A DNA stretch of 36,159 bases, from contig JWZX01003385.1 of assembly GCA_001275005.1 (NCBI GenBank), forward strand, positions 62,001-98,159, given 5' to 3'. A program made the translations under genes and the position numbers. The notes beneath the pieces are model-generated. The model was not told where the DNA came from. It did not search any database and was given only the letters and a program-made list of their open reading frames with translations. This DNA is from Chrysochromulina tobinii (Eukaryota). Shown piece after piece: positions 1-10,671 of this stretch. Numbering within the stretch: position 1 is the stretch's first letter; each line of letters opens with the position of its first letter.

Positions 1-2346
1 CCGACCGCCCGCGCCATTGCCCTCGGACTGCTGTGCGCTCCGACGGCGGCCCTACTGCTCGGGCCATCGCCGGCGCCCGTGTGCCGTGCGTCGCCGCGCG
101 CCGCGAGCGCGGCCCTGCGCATGGCGGAGGGCTTCACGAGCAAGGAGGAGCTGCTGCTCGTTGACGAGGTGGATCGCAGCGGCGTTGAGGTTGATGCGAC
201 CAGGGAGTCGGTGACGGCAGTGGATACGTCTCTGGTCAATGCGGTCAAGTGGACGCCGTCGGCGCGCGGTGAGCCCGGCAAGACGCCGCGCGACCTCGCC
301 TTTGGCCCCATCAAGGCCTACTGCGCCGACCTAAAAGAGGTGAAGCGGCGGCCGACGCGCACGGTCGAGTGCGGCCCGATCAAATTTGGCTCGGAGCACC
401 GGCTCGTGCGCCAGACTATGGCGACGACGCTCACCTCCGACGTAGAGGGCACCATCGAGCAGGTCATCCGCTGCGCCGACGAGGGCTTCGACCTCGTGCG
501 CGTGACGGTCGTCGGCATGAAGGACGCGATTGCGTGCAAGAAGATCCGTGAGGGCCTCGACGCGCGCGGGTACAATATCCCGCTGGCCGCTGACATGCAC
601 TTCGCGCCCAAGGTCGCGCTTGCCGTCGCCGACGCCGTCGAGAAGATCCGTATCAACCCGGGCAACTTCGTGGATGGGCGCAAGACGTTCGAGACGATGG
701 TGTACGAGACGGATGAGGACTACTTCAAGGAACGCGCCTTTTTCGTGGAGGCATTCACGCCGCTCGTGAAGAAGTGCAAGGAGCTCAACCGGTGCATGCG
801 CATCGGCACCAACCACGGCTCGCTCTCGGCGCGCGTCCTCTCCTTTTACGGCGACACGCCGCGCGGCATGGTCGAGAGCGCGATCGAGTTCGCCGACATC
901 TGCCGCTCGCTCGACTTCCACAACTTCGTTTTCTCGATGAAGGCGTCCAACCCGCTGGTGATGGTGCAGGCGTACCGGCTGCTCGCGGCCGAGATGGACC
1001 GGCTCGGCTGGGACTACCCCCTCCACCTCGGCGTCACCGAGGCGGGCGAGGGTGAAGATGGGCGAATGAAGAGCGCCATCGGCATCGGCGCTCTCCTCGC
1101 GGACGGTCTGGGCGATACGATCCGCGTGTCGCTCACGGAGGACCCCGAGTTCGAGTACGCGCCGTGCAACCGGCTGGCCGAGATTGCGGACGCCAAGCTC
1201 TTGCCCTCCGCGCTGGCCACCCAGCGCGCCGTGCCTCCGTACGTCGACATCCGCGACATTACCTCGTTCGCGCGCCGCTCGGGCCGCCTTCCAGCTCAGA
1301 AGGAGGGCGACACCTTCGACTACCGTGGGCTGCTCAACCGCGACGGCTCGGTGCTGTCGGCGGTGACGGCCAAGGAGCTGCGCGAGCCGAACACTCTGTA
1401 CAACGCTCTTGGGTGCAAGACCGTCGTCGGCCTCCCCTTCAAGGACATTGCGACCTCCGACACGCTCATGCTCCGCGAGCCGCCGGCTCTCGATGACGAG
1501 ATCGCGCGCCGCACGCTCAAGCGGCTGATGGACGTGGCGGTGCTGCCGGTCGTGCCCGCGGATGCGCTGGCCAAGGCCCCGATCGAGGGCGCGGTCGCGC
1601 TCATGTCCCTCGACGAGGCGGCCTCCGGTGCCAAGAAGCCCGCGTGCGCGTCGCGCGTCGTCCTGTCCGTGCGCGGCGACGAGTCCGCAGAGCTGATGAA
1701 CAAGATCAAGGGGATCGAGCACGCGTTCGTGCTGCTCGACCCGCCCCCGACGCTCTCGCGCCTGCACGCCGCGCGCCGCCTCTTCAGCCTCTTCGGCGCG
1801 CTCAACATCGACTCGGCGGTGATCCATCATTTCCGTCCCGTCCCGTCGGACAGCAGCGAGCTCGCCCTCCAGATGGGCACCGAGGTGGGTGGGCTGCTCG
1901 TCGACGGTCTGGGCGATGGCGTGCTCGTCGAGCCGCAGACGCCGGGCAGCTTCGAGCTCAGCATGCTGCGCACGGTCTCATTCGGGCTCCTTCAGGGAAG
2001 CCGCATGCGTTCCGTCAAGACCGAGTTCGTCTCGTGCCCCTCGTGCGGCCGCACCCTGTTCAACTTGCAGGAGGTGACGGCGCAGATCTCGGAGCGCACG
2101 GGCCACCTGCCCGGCGTGACGGTCGCCATCATGGGGTGCATCGTCAACGGCCCCGGCGAGATGGCCGACGCCGACTTCGGCTACGTGGGCGGTGCACCTG
2201 GCAAGGTCGATCTCTACGTCGGCAAGGAGGTTGTGCGCCGTGGAGTGGACAACGAGGTTGCATGCGACCAGCTGATTGAGCTCATCAAGGAGTACGGTAT
2301 GTGGAAGGACCCCGAGGAGAAGGAGGCGATGGAGGCCGTCGCATAG
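1..2346 (+). CDS. ispG: 4-hydroxy-3-methylbut-2-enyl diphosphate synthase (IspG/GcpE/HDS), long plant/algal form, plastid-targeted; start codon lies upstream of the window
   Basis: Motifs VRQTMATT, KIRINPGN, MRIGTNHGSLS, YPLHLGVTEAG, GDTIRVSLT, and 4Fe-4S ligands SCPSCGRT...MGCIVNGPGEMAD. Frame is open from base 1 (PTARAIALGLLCAPTAALLLGPSPAPVCRASPRAASAALRM): a hydrophobic signal peptide followed by an Arg/Ser/Ala-rich transit-like peptide. Confidence 0.97.
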   Translation, partial: PTARAIALGLLCAPTAALLLGPSPAPVCRASPRAASAALRMAEGFTSKEELLLVDEVDRSGVEVDATRESVTAVDTSLVNAVKWTPSARGEPGKTPRDLAFGPIKAYCADLKEVKRRPTRTVECGPIKFGSEHRLVRQTMATTLTSDVEGTIEQVIRCADEGFDLVRVTVVGMKDAIACKKIREGLDARGYNIPLAADMHFAPKVALAVADAVEKIRINPGNFVDGRKTFETMVYETDEDYFKERAFFVEAFTPLVKKCKELNRCMRIGTNHGSLSARVLSFYGDTPRGMVESAIEFADICRSLDFHNFVFSMKASNPLVMVQAYRLLAAEMDRLGWDYPLHLGVTEAGEGEDGRMKSAIGIGALLADGLGDTIRVSLTEDPEFEYAPCNRLAEIADAKLLPSALATQRAVPPYVDIRDITSFARRSGRLPAQKEGDTFDYRGLLNRDGSVLSAVTAKELREPNTLYNALGCKTVVGLPFKDIATSDTLMLREPPALDDEIARRTLKRLMDVAVLPVVPADALAKAPIEGAVALMSLDEAASGAKKPACASRVVLSVRGDESAELMNKIKGIEHAFVLLDPPPTLSRLHAARRLFSLFGALNIDSAVIHHFRPVPSDSSELALQMGTEVGGLLVDGLGDGVLVEPQTPGSFELSMLRTVSFGLLQGSRMRSVKTEFVSCPSCGRTLFNLQEVTAQISERTGHLPGVTVAIMGCIVNGPGEMADADFGYVGGAPGKVDLYVGKEVVRRGVDNEVACDQLIELIKEYGMWKDPEEKEAMEAVA

Positions 2347-2429
2347 GCGACAATCGAGTCCAGCGCAGCAGCAGCAGCATGCAAGTGCTCACTACGGCGC
2401 CCTCTCCTCCCCAGCCCTTGCACGGGAGC

Positions 2430-2430
<1 letters not shown>

Positions 2431-2481
<51 letters not shown>
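2431..2481 (+). repeat. (CAG)17 microsatellite in the ispG 3' region
   Basis: Direct count of 17 perfect CAG units; a shorter CAG run lies near 2366-2379. Confidence 0.95.
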
Positions 2482-2482
<1 letters not shown>

Positions 2483-3098
2483 GCAGCGGCGAGGGGTGCA
2501 ACGGAGCATGAAGCATGAGCACGAGGGCGGGGCGGTCAGAGTCTCTTAATGGCGCACGAGATGCCGTGCCAAGAAAAGGGAGCGAGTGATAAGAGGAAAA
2601 GGGGCGGTTTGCGTGAGGCGCCTTGGGCGAACGCTGCCCGTGCGCCTTGGGCTGGCAAGGATGCGCGAAGATGCGATGGACGGAGCGGGCGGGGTTGGTT
2701 GTTGCTTGTTCGTTAGTATCGCGTGTGTCCGACTTGTCGTGTTGTCTTATGCGCGCGAATGTCATGATTGTAGATTGATTTGTCAATTGAAACCGCTGCC
2801 GCCCCCGGCGTCCCCGCGGTCGGTCCGCACCATCCGCATCGTCCGGTCAGGGTGGCGTCACGAGTGTGTCGGCCTCCGGACTCGCGACTGCCGACATGCG
2901 ACATGTGATTCACGCACACACAGACGCCGGCTTCACACACCGGCACGACAGAGTGCCAGGTCTCTGCGTGGGTGGCACACGATACACAGTCACAGGCTGC
3001 TCCCCGTCGGCGGAGCCGCCATCGGCCCATCGCGGCCGTTCCCGCTGGGGTTCCCGCCGAGAGCGCACGGAGGTACGTATTCATACACCCGCTCGCGT

Positions 3099-5820
3099 TC
3101 ACGCTTTGCACTTCGGGGGGGGTGGCACCGCATCGCCGAAGAGTCCATCGTAGTATTGCTTGGCCGAGGTGGCGTCGACGGCGGTGCCCGCGGGCAGCGG
3201 CTCGGTGCGCTTGATGTACGTGGACTGGAGCGATGCAAAGGCGAACTCGTCGATACGCATGTAACGGCGCGCCGCGTCCGAGCCGAGCGGGTGGAGCGTG
3301 CCGGGTGCATGCATGACGTCCACGAGCACCTCCTTCCTATTTAGGATCATCGTGTTCCACGCATGGTGCGCGTGTGCGCCGCGCACGCACGCGCCCATTT
3401 CATAGCTCGCCTGCAGCCCCAGCTTGTCGCAGAGCACCTTAAAGAGCAGTGCGCGATGGCGCGTGGCGCCCGCCTTGACCTCGCCGAGGGGCACGACGCG
3501 CGTGCCCGAGACGACGCGCAGAGCGGCCAGCTGCTCTTCGGGCTCCGTGTAGTACTCGTACTCCAGGTACTCCACGGCTCCGCCCATCTGCTGGCACACA
3601 AACGTGGCAAGCGTGCTCGCAAGCGCGGCCGGCGTCGCGCCCTTTTTGGCGTGCGTCTGCAGCAGGGCGCGCGCGCTCGTGATGAGGGCAGCGAGGGGCG
3701 GGTCGTCGGCGGCGTCCACCGAGAGTACCTCGGGCCCCGCATTGGAAGTGGCCAGATCCTCAAGGGCGAGGAAGGCGGTGTCGCGCGTGCAGCCGTAGAA
3801 GCCATCCGAGGTGGGTAGGGAGAGAGGGATGGAGCCCTTGTACCACAACTGTGCGGCCGGGACCGCGTTACAGATCGCGAGGATGGACGCGCGAGCCGCC
3901 GCCGCCAGGCTGAGCGGCTCCGTCGCCACCGCCGCACCGGGCGCGCCCGAGGCGGCGCCCGTCGCGACGGTGAGCTGCTGGAGCAGCGGCAGCGCGCCGA
4001 GCTTGATGAGGCTACCGGCACTGACGGCGTCGGAGCACGCGGCCTGGACGAGCGAGCAGCCCGCACGCTGCATCGAGGGCAACGCGTGCGCGAGGAGCGT
4101 GATGGCGATCGCAATCGGCGGCGGCGGCGGCGGCGGCGGCGGCGCAGCGGCCTCGTCAAGCTCGCCTCCTTCCTTGCTCTCGGGTGCTGCGTCCTCCGGC
4201 GCCGTCTCGGGCGAGCTCGCGGGCGCCGGAGGGCCCTTGAGCATGGCGCAGGCGGTCGGGTGCGACGCGAGCGCGGCGAATGCGGCCGCGGCGGCCTCTA
4301 GCAGAGCGGGCGGCTGGCTCGCGTCGAAGAACGAGAGCAGTGCCGTCGCGGCGCCCGCCGCCATCAGGGTCTCCCGGCCGGACGCCTCACTCGCGCACTG
4401 GCCTACAATGTCCGCCGCTGTCGCGAGCAGCCCGCTATCCTGCAATGCGGAGAGGGGGTTGGCCAGCAGTGCGACGACCGTCTCGATGCCCGCCGCCGCC
4501 GCTGAGTCGTCCTTGGACTCAGGCGCCGCGTCGGGCGCATCGACCTCGCCAACGGACGTGGAGGGCGACGGCGGCGGCGCGAGCAGCGCCACGCGCCCAG
4601 AGGGCTGATGCACCAAATGGAGGAGCGCTGTGCATGCATTGCCTCGTACGGCGGACCAGCCAGGCACGCACCCTTCCGTGGGAGGCGCGAGCAGCGCCAC
4701 GAGCGCCGGCAGCGTCGTGGGCACGCTCGCCATCGTCACCGCCGCCGCGCCGTCGATGGCCATGTGCGCGACACCGAGCGTCAGGTTGGCGATCAGCGCG
4801 GCGGAGGCCGCGTCCTTGGAGGCAGCTGCAGCCCCGCCCGCGATGGCGCAGGGCGCGCCCGGCGCGCCGAGGGCGTACACGATCTCGTGCAGCCCGCCCG
4901 CCGCGACGATCGCCCTGCGCCCAGCGAGCGACTGGCCGGCGATCGCGAGCACGGTCGCTGCGTTGGAGCGGAGCTCAGCGGCGCACTGGATTGCCTCGGC
5001 CGAAAGCGGCGGCGCGTCGGGCTCGACCGGCAGCACCTTGAGGAGCGCGAGCGCTGCGTCCACGAGCCCGCCCTCGATCAGAGCGGGCAGCAGCGCGCCG
5101 TCGTACAGGCAGAAGCCGAGCAATAGAAGCACCTTCGATCGGGCGCGCAGCCGGGGCGCGTCGGCGGCGGGCAGCGCCGTCGCGAGCGGTTCGAGCAGCG
5201 CCAGAAGCAAGGGGAGCTTATCGGGCGCGCCGAAGCTCGCGCGGCACATGGGCGCCTCGGCCAGCCGCGAGAGCGCGAGCGCCGCCTGCGCTTGCAGCGC
5301 CGGCTGCGTGCTCATTGACGGCTGCACGATCGCAAGCAGTGGCGAGACCGTCTCACCGCGCCGCAGCGTGAGGCGACCCTCGGCCGAGCCCGCCGAGCGC
5401 CGCGAGCGCGGCACAAGCGCCCGCCAACAGCACGCAGCACGGGTCGCTCGCGGCCGCCGAGACGGGCTGCCTCACGATCGACATGAGCGACGCGCCGCAG
5501 GTCGCGAGCGCCACAGAGCCCGCGCCCGCCTCGCACAGGCCGTTGACGAGCTTGGTGGCGGTGTCGACCGCCTGCGCCGACTCAGGCGTCGCACTTTCCG
5601 CCGGCGTCAATGCCGCCTCGGCGTAGACGGCCGCGGCCACCTGGAAGATGGACACAGCCTTCTCGAGCATAATCGGCAGCTTCTCGGGTTCGTTGAGCAT
5701 CACGACCAGAGGCTCGAGGGCCGAAGCCTTGGCGGCGCCGCTCGCGCCGTCGGCCGCCGCGATAGCTGCTATAATGGCCTCCGCAGGGTCGGCCGGGGGC
5801 GGGGGCGCTTTCGGAGCCAT
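3099..5820 (-). CDS. ARMC3: ARMC3-like protein: armadillo repeats plus C-terminal EDR1/CTR1/ARMC3 transglutaminase-like domain; reading frame broken by one extra base at ~5393
   Basis: ATG at 5820 (MAPKAPPPPADP). Ala/Leu-rich ARM-like helices. C-terminal VVPLGEVKAGATRHRALLFKVLCDKLG...HAWN...VDVMHAPGTL. Removing one G joins ORFs 5353..5952 and 3099..5414 into a 906-aa protein. Confidence 0.8.
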
Positions 5821-6094
5821 AGTGACCGGGGAGGCTGAGCGCTGGTGCCGGAGGACAGCGGAACAGCGGACGCAGTGTCGATCGCAACAGCTCCAACACT
5901 GTGCTGTGAACCTCTCAATACACCTTCCCAAACACATGACACAGAAGTACAAATGCCGGCGATTTCGTCAGGCTGAACGTCGTTTGTTTCACAGACATTG
6001 GTTTTTCGTTGGCCCTCGAGAGTCGACGTCCCACTTCGCGTGAGAGTGCCCCGCACTCCACCCATCCGACGAGCGCATTAGATCGGCCCTTCGA

Positions 6095-6481
6095 ATGGGA
6101 AAAGGAAGCTGCTCCACCAAGCAGAAGCAGATCAGGCGAAAGGCGGCCGAGCGCGCTGGAACAATGAAGTGCCATGGCTTCAAGGTACCTGCCCGCACCG
6201 GCATTGCCAAGGAGCGATTGAACCACCCGGCATCCTTGGCAACAGCGGCTGCGCTGGAGGCGGCGAGTGCGTCGTCGAGCGCAGAATTGAAGGGATTGAA
6301 GGGATTCGGTGGCGGTGGCGCAACCGCGTGCATCGGCGTCAGCGAGGAGCAGAAACTGCGTCGCAAAATTCGTGCCCGCGAGGCCGAGGCCGAAAAGGCT
6401 GCCGCGCAGACGATCACGCCCGCGGCAGCCAGCCTACTGGCGTCCTTGCGCGCAGAGCTAGGCGTCACGAAAAAGATATGA
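6095..6481 (+). CDS. Hypothetical small basic protein (128 aa)
   Basis: ATG start, natural-looking Lys/Arg/Ala-rich composition, divergent from the ARMC3-like gene, followed by an AT-richer 3' region. No family recognised. Confidence 0.55.
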   Translation: MGKGSCSTKQKQIRRKAAERAGTMKCHGFKVPARTGIAKERLNHPASLATAAALEAASASSSAELKGLKGFGGGGATACIGVSEEQKLRRKIRAREAEAEKAAAQTITPAAASLLASLRAELGVTKKI

Positions 6482-7111
6482 ATTAGTTCGTTTCAACATA
6501 TCATCGGGTCCGTGTCAGCTGTCAACATCCTCATGACCTCATCCATGATGATGATCCTGGACGATAAGTAATACTACCTAAGCGTTAAAGCAAAAACACG
6601 CCTGACGGCGACGTAGCGCACCTCCACGAGGCGAGAGTCACCCCCGAGTCCCCCAAGAATAACCCAAGAAAATTTTCTAACGTCTGTAATACGTCTCTAC
6701 TATGAACTGATTCTTGTACTCTCGACGTCTCTCGAGGCGTGCGTGCGCCGTGCGTGAACGTGAACACGACAGACACGACAACCGGTGCTGTGCTACTGTG
6801 CTAGTGTGCTTCCGAGAGACCGCGGACCGGGGCGCCGTCAACCCGCCGTCCCCCTCCCTGCCTCTCGCCTCTCCTGCCGTGCGTGGAATGCCGGAGGCTT
6901 GTACGTGTTCACGAGAGCCAGGCCATACCGTGTAGCAACAGCACACGTGTCACACGTCACGGCAAAGCATTCCCCACAGCGGCCCCACGACTTTTCGATG
7001 AAATCAGCAATCCACACGCGGAAAGTTATCGACCGCGCCACCAAGCGCCGCGCGACCAAGTCCGCTACGCCTCCCAAGCTCATTGACCACTACGGGTGCC
7101 TCCCTCCGAGA

Positions 7112-7856
7112 ATGGCCGATGCATCACTGCTACCAAGGCGCATCGTCAAGGAGACGCAGCGACTGATGACAGAGCCAGGTGCGCGACGCCAACCCCAATC
7201 CTCAAGCACGCTCCCTGCGGTCCCGCTCGTGCGCTGACCTGGGCGCTTGCGTGCGTTCGCAGCTCCCGGCGTCGCTGCAACCCCATTTACAGACAACCTG
7301 CGCTACTTCAACGTGGTCATGCAGGGCCCCTCTGAATCTCCCTACGAAGGTGGGACTCCTTCACACCTGCTCACAGCACCAGGAGCGCCCCTCACCATGG
7401 CGACACCAACACGGTGCTGACGCACCCGGCGGCCCACTCCCATACCGCAGGCGGCACGTTCAAGCTGGAGCTCTTCTTACCGGAGGAGTACCCGATGGCC
7501 CCGCCCAAGGTGCGCTTCCTCACCAAGATGTATCACCCCAACATCGACAAACTCGGTCGCATCTGCCTAGACATTCTGAAGGACAAGTGGAGCCCGGCGC
7601 TTCAGATCCGGACGGTGCTCCTCTCGATCCAGGCGCTGCTCTCCGCGCCCAACCCCGACGATCCGCTCGCGAACGACGTGGCCGAGATGTGGAAGACGAA
7701 CGAGCCGGAGGCGATCCGGAACGGTGCGCAGCCCGCGATGCGCGCGCTCGCCCGTTGCTCTGCGTCGTGTAGGTGCTGACGCGCCGTCGCCTCACCCCGT
7801 GCTATGCGCGCCTGTGCGCAGCCAAAGAGTGGACGAGGCTGCATGCGACAGGCTGA
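7112..7856 (+). CDS. UBC13: Ubiquitin-conjugating enzyme E2 N (Ubc13), 153 aa; exons 7112-7178, 7263-7349, 7451-7723, 7822-7856
   Basis: [79 protein letters not shown]. Three phase-1 GT-AG introns (84, 101, 98 nt), each with a CTGAC branch-like motif. Spliced length is 462 nt, in frame. Confidence 0.96.
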
Positions 7857-8658
7857 CTGGCCACGTTAAGGCCGACCGTTCCAGGTTGACTGTGCCACGA
7901 GACTGTGTGACACGACGCCGCGCGACGAGCGCTCTCTCTCGCCGTTCATGGATACACCGCACGGCCGCGTGTAGGCTTTATTGCACGGTGCTTTTCCGCA
8001 CGAGAGCGATCTGGCCCTAGATCGAACGACCCGCAGCATGGCTGTAGTCGGGTGTAATAATTTTGTTATAGCTGGGTTGCAAACTCCTCAGCTACCGTGC
8101 CTGATCGGTTCGACTGAAGATGTTCACCTCGTCCGCGGCGCGCGGGCCATCCGTATCGTTCTCCACCGGCACGCGCCTCGCGCGCCGCGGGCTCCCGCGC
8201 ACCGGCGCGGGCTTCTTCCGGACGCGCGTAGGACGCGCGCCCTCAGCGGCATCGCACGACGCGATTCCATTCGTCACGACCGGATCGGTCGTGCCGAGCG
8301 CGGGTCGAAAACCCGCGTCGCCACGCTGCGCACCACAGGTCTCAAAGCCCGGCGCAGTGGGCCGTGGTCTGCTGTCGCTCGCTCCCACTCTCGCGGCTCC
8401 GCCTCCGGGTCCGGCCTTCTCGCCATTTCGAAACCATGTTCGACGCGTGCCGACGTCGTCTCCGCCCAACGTCGTCTCCGCCGTTGGCTCCGCCTCCGTT
8501 ACGGGCGCGTCGCGTACCCCCCGAAGTGGAACTCTTCGAGTGACCCTGTGCCACCGATGGCGTAGCTCGCGGTCACCGGGCTCTCTGAGCTCTCGAGGCT
8601 CTCGAGGCTCTCGCACTCGCTGCGCCGATGCGAATCTTGAATGCCTGAAGTCTGATCT

Positions 8659-10478
8659 CTACGCGCTCATATTGTGGCTCAGCATCAGCTGTGACTTGAG
8701 GCGTGGATCCCAAGGGGTCGGTGTCCAAGTCAAACTACGCGCCGCTCGCGCCGTGCCGAGCGGCAGCGCAAAGTTCATCGAGAAGTCGTTGACGAAGACG
8801 GCGAAGAAGGCATGCGTGGGCTCCTGCCCCGTCGGACGAGAAGAGGAGCTGAGGACGCTCCACTGCGGCGGAAAGAGGTTGGGGGAGGGTCCGAGAAAGG
8901 TTGGGGGAGGGACCGGGAGAGGTTGGGGGAGGCGTGGCGCATCGGCGGCGTACTGCGACCGACGCTGATCGTACCGACGGGTTGCGGAGCGTCGTATTGA
9001 GCGCGGGCGGATTGAGGCCGATTGCGACGCCGGCGGTATCCGACAGGGCGTTCGATGTGCAACGTCGTCGCGCGATCAACGAGCATCCGCTCGACAGCTT
9101 CCTCTTCCTCCTCGTCCTCCTCCTCCTCCTCGTCCTCGTCCTCATCCTCATCTTCCTCGTCGTCCATCGCTCCATGCTTCTGCTCGTCCTCTCCAATAAT
9201 GTCCACCTCCGCCAGCTCCAGCGTCGCATCGTCCAGCTTCGTTGCCGCCTTGCCCTTACCGAGAGAGCGCCCCCACGCCTCAAGCGCTCGGTACGGCGGC
9301 GCTCCGCCACGGGCGCTCGGCACGGCGCGCCTTGGGCAGCCCGCACGGCAGGCACGGCGCGCGCGCCGGAGCCGCGCGGCGGCAGCCGCCTCAGCTTCAG
9401 GAGCATCACGGTATACGCTCACCGTCCGGTTGAACGCAGGCCGTGGCATCGCCCAACGAAATCCGGCGGAGCCTTTGCCGGCGATCGTGTGCGTATACGC
9501 GAGCTCCCCGGCTCTCAGCGACGACTGCCCCGAACGCTTCAAGGAGGCCATGTTCTTGAAGAGCAGGTGCCACACGCCCGTTCGAGTGCACCTCCAAGCA
9601 AACGGATCCTCCGCCACCAACGGCACAGCACCCCAAACCAAAATGGGCGCGGAGCCCACGCGCGTGTACGGGCCGGCTGCCGTGGGAGCTCGCGCAGCAC
9701 CTATGTGGAAGCGCACGCCCTTGCGCTGGTTGCGCTCTGGGTAGCCACAGGCGATCGACTTGTAGAAGAGAGTCACTGAGCCATCAGCTGCTACGTACGG
9801 TGCCGCATTGCTTGTGATGCCCGCGTCCCACGCGCCTGCAGGGCTTGTGGGCAGAACGGGGGCATCGAGTCGGAGCCAAGGTCCGTCGAGGGTGCGCGAG
9901 AAGGCCACACCTATCCGCTTCGAGTTCCACGCGAGCTCGTACGCGCTGCGGTTCGCAAACAGGCCGGCCGCCGGCTCGGGCGGCGGGAAGCTGTACGTGA
10001 TGCCGGTATAAAAGAGTGCATACTCACGCCTCGAGGGGTCCCAGTGAACGGTTGGGTTGTGCGTCGCCATGCCATCCCAGTAGGCGGGTCCGCGACGAGG
10101 CAGCACGACGGCGCGAAACTCAAACGGGCCGAGTGGGCTCGGCGAGGTGCCGTGCACCACCTCGGATGACATCACCCACGCGCCGTGGCCCAGCCTCTCA
10201 TCCCATCGCGAAGCAAACATATGGAACAGACTATCGGGGCCGCGAATGGCCGAGCCGCCCCACACTAAAGAGCCGCGGATTCCAAATCCGCTGTCCTGAG
10301 CAGTGATCGCCGTGCTAAACTTGCGGCGCAGCACCCGATTGCAGCAGCACGGAGTTGTCGTGAACAGTTGCGGTCTGTCGCCGCCATCCTCCTGACGTTG
10401 CGCACGACCCACATTGCTGAGCGAGAAGTAGGTGAGGACTACGATAGTGCTCACTATCGTGTACGGCCACCACCGCAT
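8659..10478 (-). CDS. Signal-anchored five-bladed beta-propeller glycoside hydrolase (GH43/clan GH-F/J-like); intron 8863-8953 and one extra base at ~8827-8830
   Basis: N-terminal hydrophobic anchor. VWGGS...FHMFASRW, WDGMATHNPTV, KRIGVAFS...GPW, TSNAAP, AEDPFAW...WHLLFK. After splicing and removing one G the last blade reads GRMERPQLLFSSDGQEPTHAFFAV...; stop at 8659. Protein would be 575 aa. Confidence 0.75.
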
Positions 10479-10671
10479 CGTGTATCTCTTCGGGCGTGTG
10501 GTGGCCCGACAACCTACTCAGCGGTCATGTGAACCCCATCCATCATTTTCGCGCGTTTCCAATTTGAGGTGTGCTCGTGGCTTCCACTTCACGGGGGCTT
10601 ATAGATCGATCTGGGAGGGTTCATGTAGATGCGGCTTCATGCATAACCACAAATGGCCTTTTTCACACCCC

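Noticed and set aside
331..1830. Long antisense and alternate-frame ORFs, e.g. 331..1830, 4630..5838, 24017..25411, 29384..30151
   Set aside because: Shadows of GC3-rich coding sequence overlapping genes with clear motifs; Arg/Ala-rich with no recognisable domains.
7724..7823. 10-bp direct repeat GTGCGCAGCC at both ends of UBC13 intron 3
   Set aside because: Explained by overlap of the local donor (GTGCGC) and acceptor (GCGCAG) preferences; no internal repeats or inverted ends.
8092..8616. 174-aa minus-strand ORF (GTG start) with REPREPRELREP repeat, and a small hairpin CGCGGGT-CGAAA-ACCCGCG near 8299-8317
   Set aside because: No ATG or domain signal; likely 3' UTR or intergenic DNA between convergent genes. 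A 7-bp GC stem is expected by chance here.
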